In this document: in pieces, positions 1 through 9,666 of the stretch | How the letters are laid out: every line of letters begins with the position of its first letter | Position numbering within the stretch: the stretch's first letter is position 1 | The notes under the pieces: generated by a model | The model's database searches: none | The model's input: the letters and a program-made list of their open reading frames with translations, nothing else | What the model was told of the DNA's origin: nothing | DNA from: Geobacter sp. | GTDB taxonomy: Bacteria > Desulfobacterota > Desulfuromonadia > Geobacterales > Geobacteraceae | Direction of reading: 5' to 3' | DNA length: 64,000 nucleotides | Assembly: GCA_003574885.1 (NCBI GenBank) | Contig: PJFC01000007.1 | Location: 71,272-135,271, forward strand | Position numbers and translations under genes: made by a program

Positions 1-685
1 GCTTCGAAGCGATGCGCAGTGCGAGACATTTCTTGCCGAGGAGGGCGTTGCCGCCGTAGCCGGAACCGAAGGACCAGATGGCGCGCTCTTCCGGGAAATG
101 AACAATGTATTTTTCCTTGTTGCACGGCCAGGTTGAATCCTTCTGTCCCGGGGCCAGCGGTGCGCCGACGGAGTGGAGACAGGGAACGAACTCACCGTCG
201 CCGAGGACGTCGATAACCTTCTTGCCCATGCGGGTCATGATGCGCATATTGACGGCAACATAAGGAGAGTCGGAGATCTCCACGCCGATCTTGGCAATAT
301 TGGAACCCAAGGGGCCCATGCTGAAGGGAATGACATACATGGTACGTCCCTGCATGCACCCCTTGAAGAGCCCATTGAGGGTTTCCTTCATTTTTTTCGG
401 AGGCATCCAGTTGTTGGTAGGGCCGGCATCGTCCTTGGAAAGGCTGCAGATAAAGGTGCGGTCCTCAACCCGGGCGACGTCGATCGGGTCGGAGCAGGCA
501 AGATAGCTGTTGGGCCGTTTCTCCGGATTCAGTTTGCGAAACGTGCCGCTCTGCACGAGCAGATTACACAGGTTGTCATACTCCTCCTGCGACCCGTCAC
601 ACCAGTGAATGTTATCAGGCTTACATAGAGCAGATACCTCCTCCACCCACTTAAGTAATTGCTCGTTTTTAACCTCGTACCCCAT
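1..685 (-). CDS. pckG: GTP-dependent phosphoenolpyruvate carboxykinase, N-terminal part (gene continues beyond left window edge)
   Basis: Own minus-strand translation; it is absent from the ORF track because it is open at the edge. [40 protein letters not shown]...[13 protein letters not shown]...GPTNNWM...[22 protein letters not shown] is colinear with GTP-PEPCK N-termini. GGAAGGGG RBS lies upstream of the ATG at 685. The alternative ATG at 703 has no RBS. Confidence 0.9.
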   Translation of the reverse strand, partial: MGYEVKNEQLLKWVEEVSALCKPDNIHWCDGSQEEYDNLCNLLVQSGTFRKLNPEKRPNSYLACSDPIDVARVEDRTFICSLSKDDAGPTNNWMPPKKMKETLNGLFKGCMQGRTMYVIPFSMGPLGSNIAKIGVEISDSPYVAVNMRIMTRMGKKVIDVLGDGEFVPCLHSVGAPLAPGQKDSTWPCNKEKYIVHFPEERAIWSFGSGYGGNALLGKKCLALRIASK

Positions 686-954
686 GCCGTTCCCCTTCCT
701 CATTTGGATATTGTAAATACAGAGTTTTAGCTTCGCTAAAATAGCACAACACTCTGTAAACTCAAAATAAAATTTGACCTGAGTGCGACTGATTTTCCGC
801 TACATCCCACAACTGTCATTCCCGAAAAGATTCTGATCGTGAACCCGGTTTCGGATAGGAGGAAAACCATACCCCGATAAAGGCATTCGGGGATGGCAAC
901 TTCTCTGGCGGAAGATCGATGCTAATCGGCAAATTTGATATCGCTGGCAGGTTA

Positions 955-982
955 TTGACACATGTGCTTTGGGTGTTACAGT
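955..982 (+). promoter_or_regulatory. sigma70-like promoter candidate for rubredoxin gene (TTGACA-N16-TACAGT)
   Basis: TTGACA at 955-960, 16-nt spacer, TACAGT at 977-982, about 40 nt upstream of the ATG at 1024. Confidence 0.35.
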
Positions 983-1023
983 GGAACCGGTGGTGGGAAA
1001 TTACTTTACAGGAGGGAATAGAC

Positions 1024-1182
1024 ATGGAAAGTTGGCGTTGCACAATCTGTCAGTACGTGTATGATCCGGCCACAGGCGACCCGGATAACGGCGTACCGCC
1101 GCACACCAGCTTCGAGGACCTGCCGGACGACTGGGTCTGCCCGGTCTGCGGCGCAGGCAAAGACCTGTTCGAGCCGGCTTGA
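1024..1182 (+). CDS. rub: rubredoxin
   Basis: [15 protein letters not shown]...[15 protein letters not shown] carries the two CxxC knuckles and is about 52 aa. AGGAGGG RBS lies before the internal ATG at 1024 of track ORF 919..1182. Confidence 0.93.
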   Translation: MESWRCTICQYVYDPATGDPDNGVPPHTSFEDLPDDWVCPVCGAGKDLFEPA

Positions 1183-1208
1183 GCCGGACCATACCGCCCT
1201 GGATATCT

Positions 1209-1382
1209 CTATTTCTTGGCAGGCTTAATGATGTCAATCTCGGTGTGGTCGTCTACTACCTTTACGCGCCAGATCAGACCACATTTACCGCATTCTTTCA
1301 CCGGTGATGCTTCGGCGGAGAACCCTTCCGAATGGATATCGATCTCTACGGCCTTCCTCCCGCCACAGTGGGGACATTTCAT
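1209..1382 (-). CDS. small zinc-ribbon protein (57 aa), function unknown
   Basis: Own translation, below the track size cut-off: MKCPHCGGRKAVEIDIHSEGFSAEASPVKECGKCGLIWRVKVVDDHTEIDIIKPAKK. It has CxxC...CxxC and a GAGGAGG RBS 5 nt upstream. Confidence 0.5.
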   Translation of the reverse strand: MKCPHCGGRKAVEIDIHSEGFSAEASPVKECGKCGLIWRVKVVDDHTEIDIIKPAKK

Positions 1383-1511
1383 GAAAACCTCCTCGCGTGC
1401 TTAATGGTCATCGGCTACGCTGTACTCAAACTGCCGGCTACCACAAACTATAACAGCTAATCCGAGAAAAAAAAGCAGCACTCCCGCACAAAATCATACC
1501 GAAAGGACTTA

Positions 1512-2579
1512 TCACTTAGCGATGAGTTCATCCAGGACTGAGAGGAACTCCTCAAGATCGGCAAGTTGCATATCACCCATATGGGGAATGCGGAACGTCT
1601 TCCCCTTTATTTTCCCGTAACCGTCGTCAAAGGCGTACCCACGCTCACCCATCCGCTTCTTGAGTGTGCCCAGGTCATCGCCGCGGGTGTTGGCCGCACA
1701 GGTAAGGGTCACGGAGCGGTAGTCTGTTGCGGGGAAAAAGCCATAGCCCCGCTCGACCACCCACCCCCTGACGTAATCGGCCATCCTCCGGTGCCGCTCC
1801 CAGCGTGCATCGAGTCCTTCGGCAAACATGCGGTCCAGTTGCAGGTCCATTGCGTAAATATGTGAAATGCAGGGAGTAGAAGGGGTGTTGTCTTTCTCAT
1901 CGGCGGCGGCAAATTCGAGAAAATCGAAATAATACCCTCGCCCCTCGATGGTTTTACTCCGTTCAAGGGCCTTGTCAGTTGCAGTGAATACCGCCATACC
2001 CGGAGGAAGGGCAAAGGCCTTCTGCACCCCGAAGATGCAGCAGTCGATACCCAGTTCATCAACAGGAATACGGAGGGCGCTCATGGATGAGACCGTATCG
2101 ATGATCGATACAACCTCCGGATAGCGACGCAGCACCGCGGCAATTTCGGGGAGCGGCGACATGACACCGGTAGATGTCTCGTTGTGGATCAGGGTGATGG
2201 CGTCGTACCGACCGGTGGCAAGAGTCGCATCCACCAGTTCCGGAGTAATCGGCTCCCCCCACGGCACCTTGATCGCATCCGCCTCCTTGGAGCAGCGGCG
2301 GGTAACGTCGTGCCACTTGTCAGAAAAAGCGCCGTTGCAGAAATTGGCGCAACGCTTCCCCACCAGGTTGCGAACAGCCCCCTCCATGACACCGAAAGCA
2401 CTCGACGTGGCAAGGAAGACTCTCGAATCGGTCTCAAGGAGCCGCTTGAGCTTCTCCTTCACTCCCTTGTGAAGAACGGCATACTCTGGCATGCGGTGGC
2501 CGACCATGGGGGTTGCCATGGCTTGCAGTATTTCCGGTGCGACCTCAACCGGACCGGGGATGAAGAGCTTTTTCCTCAT
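1512..2579 (-). CDS. class V PLP aminotransferase (serine-pyruvate / alanine-glyoxylate aminotransferase family)
   Basis: 355 aa. Starts MRKKLFIPGPVEV, has FGVQKAFALPPG (PLP-lysine context), and a typical AGXT/SPT-like layout. Confidence 0.85.
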   Translation of the reverse strand: MRKKLFIPGPVEVAPEILQAMATPMVGHRMPEYAVLHKGVKEKLKRLLETDSRVFLATSSAFGVMEGAVRNLVGKRCANFCNGAFSDKWHDVTRRCSKEADAIKVPWGEPITPELVDATLATGRYDAITLIHNETSTGVMSPLPEIAAVLRRYPEVVSIIDTVSSMSALRIPVDELGIDCCIFGVQKAFALPPGMAVFTATDKALERSKTIEGRGYYFDFLEFAAADEKDNTPSTPCISHIYAMDLQLDRMFAEGLDARWERHRRMADYVRGWVVERGYGFFPATDYRSVTLTCAANTRGDDLGTLKKRMGERGYAFDDGYGKIKGKTFRIPHMGDMQLADLEEFLSVLDELIAK

Positions 2580-2802
2580 AGCGGGAACTCCTTTGCGTAC
2601 GGTGCCTGTATTGCCGCGAAGCTAGCAAAAAGCGGGGGGAATGTCAAGGTAGAGGCGATGGCAGCGTGCGATATACTCCTGAGGAGTCGTTAGCAGGAAG
2701 GCAGGGGGAGCAAAAAACAGAGAGACAGATTAAAAGGAGTAAATACTAGCAAGTTTTTCAGCATAATGGCAAGATTTATTTTTTGCGGTGCACTTTTTAT
2801 GT

Positions 2803-2832
2803 TTGACAAAATCTGAAACAGCGTTGTAATTT
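2803..2832 (+). promoter_or_regulatory. sigma70-like promoter candidate upstream of the cytochrome gene (TTGACA-N18-TAATTT)
   Basis: Read directly in the AT-rich 330-bp divergent intergenic region. The spacer is long, so the call is weak. Confidence 0.25.
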
Positions 2833-2909
2833 TGCATGATGTTTCGGCATCAACATGGATTGTTCCGTCGATGCAACCGAACTGTTTTTTATAAGGAGAT
2901 ATCTCGCTA

Positions 2910-4463
2910 ATGGCCATCAGAAAAACCGCAGGATACGCATGGAATATCATAAGCATGATCGGCATGATACTGGCGGTGACCGCCACCTGCCTGATCATCG
3001 TCTTCCTCTCCTATGAGGCCATGACCGGCGTCGACAACCCGTACCTCGGACTACTGACCTATTTTGTCTTTCCCGGCATGCTCATCGTCGGCCTCATTCT
3101 CGTGCCGCTCGGTGCATGGCGGGTCCGTAACCAGCGCCGCAAGGCGATCATCGAAGGAATGATTTCACTGGAGGAGGAAATCCCCCAGTATCCGCGACTC
3201 GATCTGAACGAACCTGCACGGCGCCACCTGTTCATTTTCTTCATCGTGGCATCCATCGTTTTTGTCCTGATCGTTTCCATCGCCTCACTCAAGGGGTATG
3301 AATTCACCGAATCGACCACCTTCTGCGGCGAACTCTGCCACACTGTCATGGAACCGGAACATACTGCATGGAGTAACTCCCCCCACGCCAAGGTTAAATG
3401 CGTCGAATGCCACGTAGGTCCCGGTGCCGCCTGGTATGTGAAAGCCAAGATATCCGGCATGCGGCAGCTCTATGCCGTGGCATTCCACACCTATCCGACT
3501 CCCATCGAAACACCCGTAGAAAACCTCCGTCCGGCACGGGACACCTGTGAGCATTGCCATTGGCCGGAAAAATTCTATTCCGGACGGCAGAAGGTCTTCT
3601 ACCACTACGCCCCCAACGAAACCAACATGCCGCGTGAGATCAACATGCTGATCAACATCGGAGGATCACCGAAAAGCCCCCACGCAAAAGGGATCCACTG
3701 GCACATCGGCACCGAGGTGAACTATATCGCCCGCGACAAGAAACGCTTCGACATTCCCTACATATCAGTCAAAGGGAAAGACGGCAAGATCACCGAATAC
3801 ATGGACACCGAAAAGCCCCTGACCAGGGAGGAAATCGCCAAGGGAGAAAAACGCCGGGTGGACTGCATCGACTGCCACAACAGGCCGACCCATATTTACC
3901 GTTCGCCGAGCCAGGAGATGGACGAGAATTTCGTCTCCGGCCACATCGACCAGTCGCTCCCCTTTATCAAGAAAGTCGCCGTGGAACTCCTGAGCAGACC
4001 GTACAAGACCTCAGCTGAAGCGAAGGCCACTATCGCCAAGGCTATTCCGGAATATTACGAGAAGAACTATCCCGCCGTAGCCAAGGGGAAAGCGGCTGCT
4101 ATCAGCAAAGCGACCGTGGAGATCCAGGAAATCTACGGCCGGAACTTTTTCCCCGCCATGAAGGTATCGTGGAGCACCTACCCGAACAACATCGGCCACT
4201 TTTACTCGCCGGGATGCTTCCGCTGCCATGATGGCAAGCACAAGTCTGCGGAAGGGCGGATTATCTCCAAAGATTGTGACCTGTGCCATACCGTCCTTGG
4301 GCAGAAACAGGAGAATATCCCGGCCGGCACCGTGGTCAAAGAATTTGTCCATCCGGTGGACATCGGCAACGAGCTGTACAAGACCAACTGCAGCGACTGT
4401 CACATGGCGGAAGGTCGCGATGTCACGGGTGAGGGGGCCGAGGGAAGCATCCCCGAGCACTGA
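2910..4463 (+). CDS. imcH: inner-membrane 7-haem c-type cytochrome, NapC/NirT-type quinol dehydrogenase family (ImcH-like)
   Basis: 517 aa with three N-terminal hydrophobic helices. Seven CxxCH motifs: CGELCH, CVECH, CEHCH, CIDCH, CFRCH, CDLCH, CSDCH. This architecture matches what is published for Geobacter ImcH. Confidence 0.75.
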   Translation: MAIRKTAGYAWNIISMIGMILAVTATCLIIVFLSYEAMTGVDNPYLGLLTYFVFPGMLIVGLILVPLGAWRVRNQRRKAIIEGMISLEEEIPQYPRLDLNEPARRHLFIFFIVASIVFVLIVSIASLKGYEFTESTTFCGELCHTVMEPEHTAWSNSPHAKVKCVECHVGPGAAWYVKAKISGMRQLYAVAFHTYPTPIETPVENLRPARDTCEHCHWPEKFYSGRQKVFYHYAPNETNMPREINMLINIGGSPKSPHAKGIHWHIGTEVNYIARDKKRFDIPYISVKGKDGKITEYMDTEKPLTREEIAKGEKRRVDCIDCHNRPTHIYRSPSQEMDENFVSGHIDQSLPFIKKVAVELLSRPYKTSAEAKATIAKAIPEYYEKNYPAVAKGKAAAISKATVEIQEIYGRNFFPAMKVSWSTYPNNIGHFYSPGCFRCHDGKHKSAEGRIISKDCDLCHTVLGQKQENIPAGTVVKEFVHPVDIGNELYKTNCSDCHMAEGRDVTGEGAEGSIPEH

Positions 4464-4485
4464 CCCCCGATACAGACAGTGAACA

Positions 4486-4527
4486 AAAGAAAGCCCCCGG
4501 TCTGGACTCCGGGGGCTTTCTTTTTGC
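4486..4527 (+). terminator. intrinsic terminator after the cytochrome gene
   Basis: aaagaaagcccccgg / ccgggggctttcttt stem, 8-nt loop, followed by a T-run. Confidence 0.75.
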
Positions 4528-4868
4528 TACCTTCAACCATCCTGAAAAAAGCATTCGGGACGCAGAAAAGTCGGAAAAACCAGGATAACTGCGGATCCCG
4601 GCCTCAACCTTGGGGTCGAACAGGAATACGGGGTTCATCCACCTTTACCAGGAAGTTATCCGCATTTTCCGCGTTAATTGCCGTTTTTGGGCTGAACAAT
4701 CCATTGGCGCTACAGCTCCTCCGTTACCTCCGGCCCATCATCCTCTGTCGCCTCATCCGGCTCGAAATCGTCGTCCAGTACCCGCTCAAGAAACTTCCGG
4801 TTGTCATCGAGGAGCTTTCTGACTTCCTTTTCCAACTCCGCCAGGTCATCCCTTTCCAGCGCCATGCC

Positions 4869-6323
4869 TCATATCCTCTTTCTTGTCAGCGCGGCACGAT
4901 ACAGCCGCTCATAGTCGCCGGCCGACTGCTGCCAGGAATAATCCCGGTTCATGCCGCGCCGGACCAGTTTTTTCCAGACATCCCGCGTCCGGTAAGACTG
5001 CAACGCCCTTTGCACTGCTTCCCACAAGGCGTCAGCCGTAAAGTCATCGAAAGTGAAACCGTTGGGCTCCCGCGCCCCGTCCCTTCCGTCGAACACCGTA
5101 TCCGCCAGGCCGCCTGTTTTCCTCACCACCGGAACCGCTCCATAGCGAAGAGCTATAAGCTGACCGAGGCCACACGGCTCGTACTGGGACGGCATAAGGA
5201 AGATATCGCTACCGGCGTAAATCTGTCGGGCGCATACGGAATCGTAACCGATGTTGAGCGAGATATTACCGAAACCGTGTGCAGTAAAATCTTCAAACAG
5301 CCGATGGTAGGTTTCGTCGCCGGCACCGAGCAGCACAAACTGCACCTTTTCCCCCGCCAACCGGGGAAGGATTTCTGCCAGCAGATCGATCCCCTTCTGG
5401 GACGCAAGCCGCGTCACCATGCCGACAAGGGGGATGTCCGGCGCCACGTCCAGGCCGAGCCGTTTCTGCAACCCCTTCTTGTTGACTACTTTCCCCGCAA
5501 GTGTCGCCGACGTGTATGTTTTAAAGAGCTGCCGGTCAGTGGCAGGATCCCACTCATCGGTATCCAGACCGTTGAGGACACCGAACAGGTCGTCACCGCG
5601 CTCTGCCAGCACCCCCTCAAGACCGCATCCCTGGTCAGCTGACAGAATCTCTTTGCAGTATGAGGGAGAAACGGTCGTCACCAGATCGGCAGCCATGATA
5701 CCCCCCTTCATGAGGTTGACCTGGTTATAGAATTCAAGCCGGTCAATAGTGAAGTATGACCAGTCGAGGCCCATCTCCGCAAGGGCAGTCTTGGGGAACA
5801 ATCCCTGGTAGGCGAGATTATGGATGGTAAACAGGGTCGCCATGTTCATGAAAAACGGGTCCTGCCGGTACTCGTACCTGAGCAGGACGGGAACCAGGGC
5901 GGTCTGCCAGTCATGGCAGTGGAGCAGGTCGGGACGAAAATCCATCCGCTTCAGCAGATTGAGCACCCCCCGGCAGAAAAAGGCAAATCGCTGGTGGTTG
6001 TCCGGATAGTCCCCTTCGGGCGACCCGTACAGGTGGTCCCGCTGAAAGAAATGTCTGTTTTCCAGCAGGTAGACCGGCATGTCGGCATAGGTGGTCTGCC
6101 GTAGAAATCCCTTGTGAAGAGTTTCTCCCAGGCGGACTTCCACGCTCTTGCGCCCTTTGTGGATCGGGAATGTCCCTTCGCCAACGGTCTTGTACATGGG
6201 GAGGATGATGCGGACATCGTGCCCCAGGCGCTTGAGCGCAACAGGGAGCGAGCCGGCGACATCCGCCAGTCCGCCGGTCTTGGCAAAGGGGGCAACTTCA
6301 GAAGCAATAAACAGGATCTTCAT
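4869..6323 (-). CDS. glgA: glycogen synthase (ADP-glucose type)
   Basis: 484 aa. MKILFIASEVAPFAKTGGLADV is the KTGGL motif at the N-terminus, in a typical GT5 layout. Confidence 0.95.
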   Translation of the reverse strand: MKILFIASEVAPFAKTGGLADVAGSLPVALKRLGHDVRIILPMYKTVGEGTFPIHKGRKSVEVRLGETLHKGFLRQTTYADMPVYLLENRHFFQRDHLYGSPEGDYPDNHQRFAFFCRGVLNLLKRMDFRPDLLHCHDWQTALVPVLLRYEYRQDPFFMNMATLFTIHNLAYQGLFPKTALAEMGLDWSYFTIDRLEFYNQVNLMKGGIMAADLVTTVSPSYCKEILSADQGCGLEGVLAERGDDLFGVLNGLDTDEWDPATDRQLFKTYTSATLAGKVVNKKGLQKRLGLDVAPDIPLVGMVTRLASQKGIDLLAEILPRLAGEKVQFVLLGAGDETYHRLFEDFTAHGFGNISLNIGYDSVCARQIYAGSDIFLMPSQYEPCGLGQLIALRYGAVPVVRKTGGLADTVFDGRDGAREPNGFTFDDFTADALWEAVQRALQSYRTRDVWKKLVRRGMNRDYSWQQSAGDYERLYRAALTRKRI

Positions 6324-6392
6324 TGCAGAGCCTCACATAGGGAAAACGGGGAGAGAATGATCCCGATGGCACCTGCGTCGGGACGTCGAACT

Positions 6393-7418
6393 TCAGATCT
6401 CCGCATCCCTGAGGAAAGTAGCCGCATCTTCCGGGGATGTCGGATTGATGAAAAAACCGGTTCCCCACTCGAACCCGGCAATCTGGGTAAGCCGCGGCAC
6501 CAGTTCGATATGCCAGTGATAGTCGTACTCGATGGAACCCCAGTATTCGGGTTTGCCCAGCCGATCCTGGGTGGGTGGAGCCGTATGGAGAATGAAATTA
6601 TACGGGGGATCCTTGAGAACCTTCTTGAGGCGGAAAAGCATCTCTTTCATGGCCACCGCCAGTTCCGCCAGGTCCCCGTCCCCCAGTAGGGCAAAGTCAT
6701 GGGAGTGGCGCTTCGGGTAAAGTCTGAGCTCGAAGGGAAAACAGGAAGCATAGGGAGTCATGATGACGTAATTGGCAAACTCCCGCACGATCCGGTCGCC
6801 GCAGGATATTTCGAAGTCAATGAGGTCGCAGAAGATACAGCGCTCCTTGGTGGCGTAAAACTCCCGGCAGATCCGGAGTTCAGTCGCTGCGACCGGTGGG
6901 GTGAGCGGCACGGCGATGAGCTGACTATGGGAATGTGAGAGAGTAGCCCCGGCGCGGGTACCGTGATTTTTGAACAGCACCATATAGCGAAGCCGCCTGT
7001 CCCGGCGCAGATCGAGAAAGCGGGCGCGATAAGCCTGGAGCACGCCGGTGATCTCGGCAGGAGTCAGGTCTGCAAGTCCCCGGTCATGATCCGGTGTCTC
7101 GATGATGATCTCATGGGCACCGATGCCATCCATGACGTCGTAGAGGCCGTAACCGCGACTCTTCAACTCACCCTCGACCCGGAGGGCCGGGTACTTGTTC
7201 GGCACGACCCGCACCTGCCAGTTTGCAGAGTTTGGTGGACCGGAGGGACGAATGGCAAATATTTCCCGGGGGGTTTTGTCTTCGTTGCCGTAGCAGAAGG
7301 GACAGTTAGTTTGGGCACCGTTTTCGGACTCCACTGAAAAGTCACGGGGACGGCGCCCCCGTTCCGTAGCGATAATTACCCAGTGAAGCTTGAGGGGGTC
7401 CCAGCGCAGCTCTGACAT
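6393..7418 (-). CDS. galactose-1-phosphate uridylyltransferase-like HIT-family nucleotidyltransferase (possibly ADP-glucose phosphorylase type)
   Basis: 341 aa with a CPFCYGNE zinc knuckle and an HSHSQLIA (HxHxQ) active-site motif. Confidence 0.8.
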   Translation of the reverse strand: MSELRWDPLKLHWVIIATERGRRPRDFSVESENGAQTNCPFCYGNEDKTPREIFAIRPSGPPNSANWQVRVVPNKYPALRVEGELKSRGYGLYDVMDGIGAHEIIIETPDHDRGLADLTPAEITGVLQAYRARFLDLRRDRRLRYMVLFKNHGTRAGATLSHSHSQLIAVPLTPPVAATELRICREFYATKERCIFCDLIDFEISCGDRIVREFANYVIMTPYASCFPFELRLYPKRHSHDFALLGDGDLAELAVAMKEMLFRLKKVLKDPPYNFILHTAPPTQDRLGKPEYWGSIEYDYHWHIELVPRLTQIAGFEWGTGFFINPTSPEDAATFLRDAEI

Positions 7419-7431
7419 TCAGCCTCCTGTT

Positions 7432-9636
7432 TTATATCAACCAGTTTTCCAGTTCTATGTCGGGTCCGGCATACTTCAGCACCATGGGGGCATCGGTGGG
7501 CCAGCGCCCCACCTCTTCCTGGCCCCGTACCAAGGTGAGATAAGCGAACAGCTTCCCTCCAGGCATCAGGTTGATGGCATCGATGGGGATCGCTACCTCG
7601 CAGACCCGGACGATCTTCCACGGGCAGACGGCGCCGGTATCAATCCAGCCATCTTCACCTTTGCACTGCAATCTCCCTTCACTCGCTGCCGGATTCATCG
7701 TGATCCGCCATTCCCTTTCGGTAAGGAGATGGATACCGAGGATATCACCGGCCTGGAGGGAACGGTCAAGGGATGAGACTCCGTCGATCCTGAAATACAG
7801 GTTTTTGCGGTCGAATCCGTAGAAAAACGACTGCAGCAGATTTTCCGCGGCATGCATGGCCGATGCCTGCTTGGTCAGATCGTAAAGCCCCGCTGCAAGC
7901 CACTCGAAATAGTCCGTCACCAGCCCGTTGATGGTTGGCGTTATCAGTGCCACCGGTTCCCTCACAAAGCCTGCCGGGCTTTTCTGCTTGATCGGCTGGT
8001 ACAATTCCTGCGGGATTTCACGGCCGATCAGCGTGTAGATGTGCATGAGGTACTTGCGAAACAGGGCGTCGAAACGGTCGCTGTGGGGGGAAAAATGGTC
8101 GTCGCCGTACCACCAGAACCAGTCACTCCCTTCGGCCGCGTAAAGAGCTCTACAAAGCTGCCGGAGCCGGTCATCGACCTTCACGGCCGGGTCGAGGGCG
8201 CTCCCCCCGTCAGACAGCAGGCCGGAAACCTCACTGTTCCACTCTACAGCCGCAGCCCTGGCCCGTGCCAGGTAATCCCATCCCAGGTTCTCTTCCGGAT
8301 GACCGACCCAGATACCGTAGTTGGCATTGATCCAGGAGCCGGGGTGGATGTGCGGGAGCACCTGCAGGGGAACCGCCCGATCGAGTGCCTCGCTGAAGGT
8401 TGCCAGCTGCAACCTCTTTTCACCGGCTATTGCCCCATAAAGGCTGGACAGAAACGGGTAGCCGTTTTCCTGGTAGTACTCCCATGCATTCTCGCCATCC
8501 AGAATGACCGACACGACCCGGGCGTGGGGAGCCCTCCGGTGCAACTCCAGCAACCTGCCGACGAAATCACCAACGGCACGCGTTGCGTCCCATTGGGAGT
8601 AGGTGAAGCCGATCAGATCCGAGAGGGCGTGATCCCTGAAGAACAGGCCCAGCCGCCGGTCTCCCGACTGGAAGGCGTGGGGCTTATAGAGATTCTCCCT
8701 GCCCGGTCCAAGCCCCCCTGAAAGGGTATGAACAAGCACCCCTTCATCGGTGGCGGCCCACTTCAGACCGCTTTCGGCGATAATGGCCAGGGACTCGTCG
8801 CTCACCGAGCCCTCCGATGGCCACATACCGGTCGGACCGAATCCGAAGGTATCCCTGAAGTAGGCAATCCCTCCGTTCACCTGGGCACGGGCATCTTCGG
8901 GATGGCGAAAGCGTGTTGCAGGGAGGGTCGCCCTCGGCATGGCCGTCTGGGCGCTTTTCATGTCGCAGACAAGCGGCAGGATCGGGTGAAAATAGGGGGA
9001 AACAGCCAGCTCGGCTTTTCCTTCATCGTGCAGACGCCGGTAGAGAGGGATTATTTCGTTGAGTATCTCCCGATGGGTCGCAAAGAGAAGCGCCTTGTCC
9101 GCCGGAGTGAAATTTCTTCCCTTGTCTATAAGCTTCTGCAGGTCGGGGTAGCGGCGCCGCGCAGCCTCGCCGGTCCAGGCAAGGAAAAACCAGACCTGCA
9201 GATCGATGAGTTCCTGCTCCCGGAAATGGCGCAGCCGGTCGGAGAGCTTTGTTGCGGCACCATCCCCCGCCAGGTAGAGGAGTTCCAGATAGCGCGGGTA
9301 AGGCTCGATCATCCGCTGGCGATTGGCTGAAAAGAAGTTTTCCAGAAGAAAGAGCCGATCCTCTTCGGTCATGTCGGCCGGCGCCATCTTCCCCCGTATC
9401 AGAAAGGGATCGACGGCGGTTCCACCCGCATAGTCCCGTATCTGCTCAAGAAGCGACGGCACCAGGTTGAACACCACCTTCGCCCCAGGCGTCTCCTCCA
9501 CTATGGCAGCCATGTCGTAGTAGTCCTTGACCCCGTGAAGATAGGTCCAGGGGAGAAGATACTCTCCACGTACCGGCTCCTTGTAGTAAGGCTGGTGCAT
9601 GTGCCAGAGAAATACTATGGAAAGCGGCTCGGTCAT
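7432..9636 (-). CDS. glycoside hydrolase family 57 alpha-glucan enzyme (amylase/branching/glucanotransferase type)
   Basis: SIVFLWHMHQPYY start is typical of GH57. The track ORF begins at a TTG (9651), so I prefer the ATG at 9636 (MTEPLSIV...). Confidence 0.85.
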   Translation of the reverse strand: MTEPLSIVFLWHMHQPYYKEPVRGEYLLPWTYLHGVKDYYDMAAIVEETPGAKVVFNLVPSLLEQIRDYAGGTAVDPFLIRGKMAPADMTEEDRLFLLENFFSANRQRMIEPYPRYLELLYLAGDGAATKLSDRLRHFREQELIDLQVWFFLAWTGEAARRRYPDLQKLIDKGRNFTPADKALLFATHREILNEIIPLYRRLHDEGKAELAVSPYFHPILPLVCDMKSAQTAMPRATLPATRFRHPEDARAQVNGGIAYFRDTFGFGPTGMWPSEGSVSDESLAIIAESGLKWAATDEGVLVHTLSGGLGPGRENLYKPHAFQSGDRRLGLFFRDHALSDLIGFTYSQWDATRAVGDFVGRLLELHRRAPHARVVSVILDGENAWEYYQENGYPFLSSLYGAIAGEKRLQLATFSEALDRAVPLQVLPHIHPGSWINANYGIWVGHPEENLGWDYLARARAAAVEWNSEVSGLLSDGGSALDPAVKVDDRLRQLCRALYAAEGSDWFWWYGDDHFSPHSDRFDALFRKYLMHIYTLIGREIPQELYQPIKQKSPAGFVREPVALITPTINGLVTDYFEWLAAGLYDLTKQASAMHAAENLLQSFFYGFDRKNLYFRIDGVSSLDRSLQAGDILGIHLLTEREWRITMNPAASEGRLQCKGEDGWIDTGAVCPWKIVRVCEVAIPIDAINLMPGGKLFAYLTLVRGQEEVGRWPTDAPMVLKYAGPDIELENWLI

Positions 9637-9666
9637 TTTAGTCCCGTTCAACGTTCAAGGTTCAAG

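Noticed and set aside
730-737. Recurring 8-mer GCTTCGCT in three intergenic regions (730, 12231, 40429)
   Set aside because: About two occurrences of any 8-mer are expected by chance in 128 kb of two-strand sequence. The flanks are not alignable.
4710-4868. Coding-looking acidic frame (LERDDLAELEKEVRKLLDDNRKFLERVLDDDFEPDEATEDDGPEVTEEL) just downstream of glgA on the minus strand
   Set aside because: On careful re-reading, the nearby ATG is in a different frame and hits a stop after 6 codons. The acidic frame has no ATG or GTG after the preceding stop, only a poorly placed TTG. It could be a real micro-ORF with an odd start or a relic, but I cannot support a CDS call.
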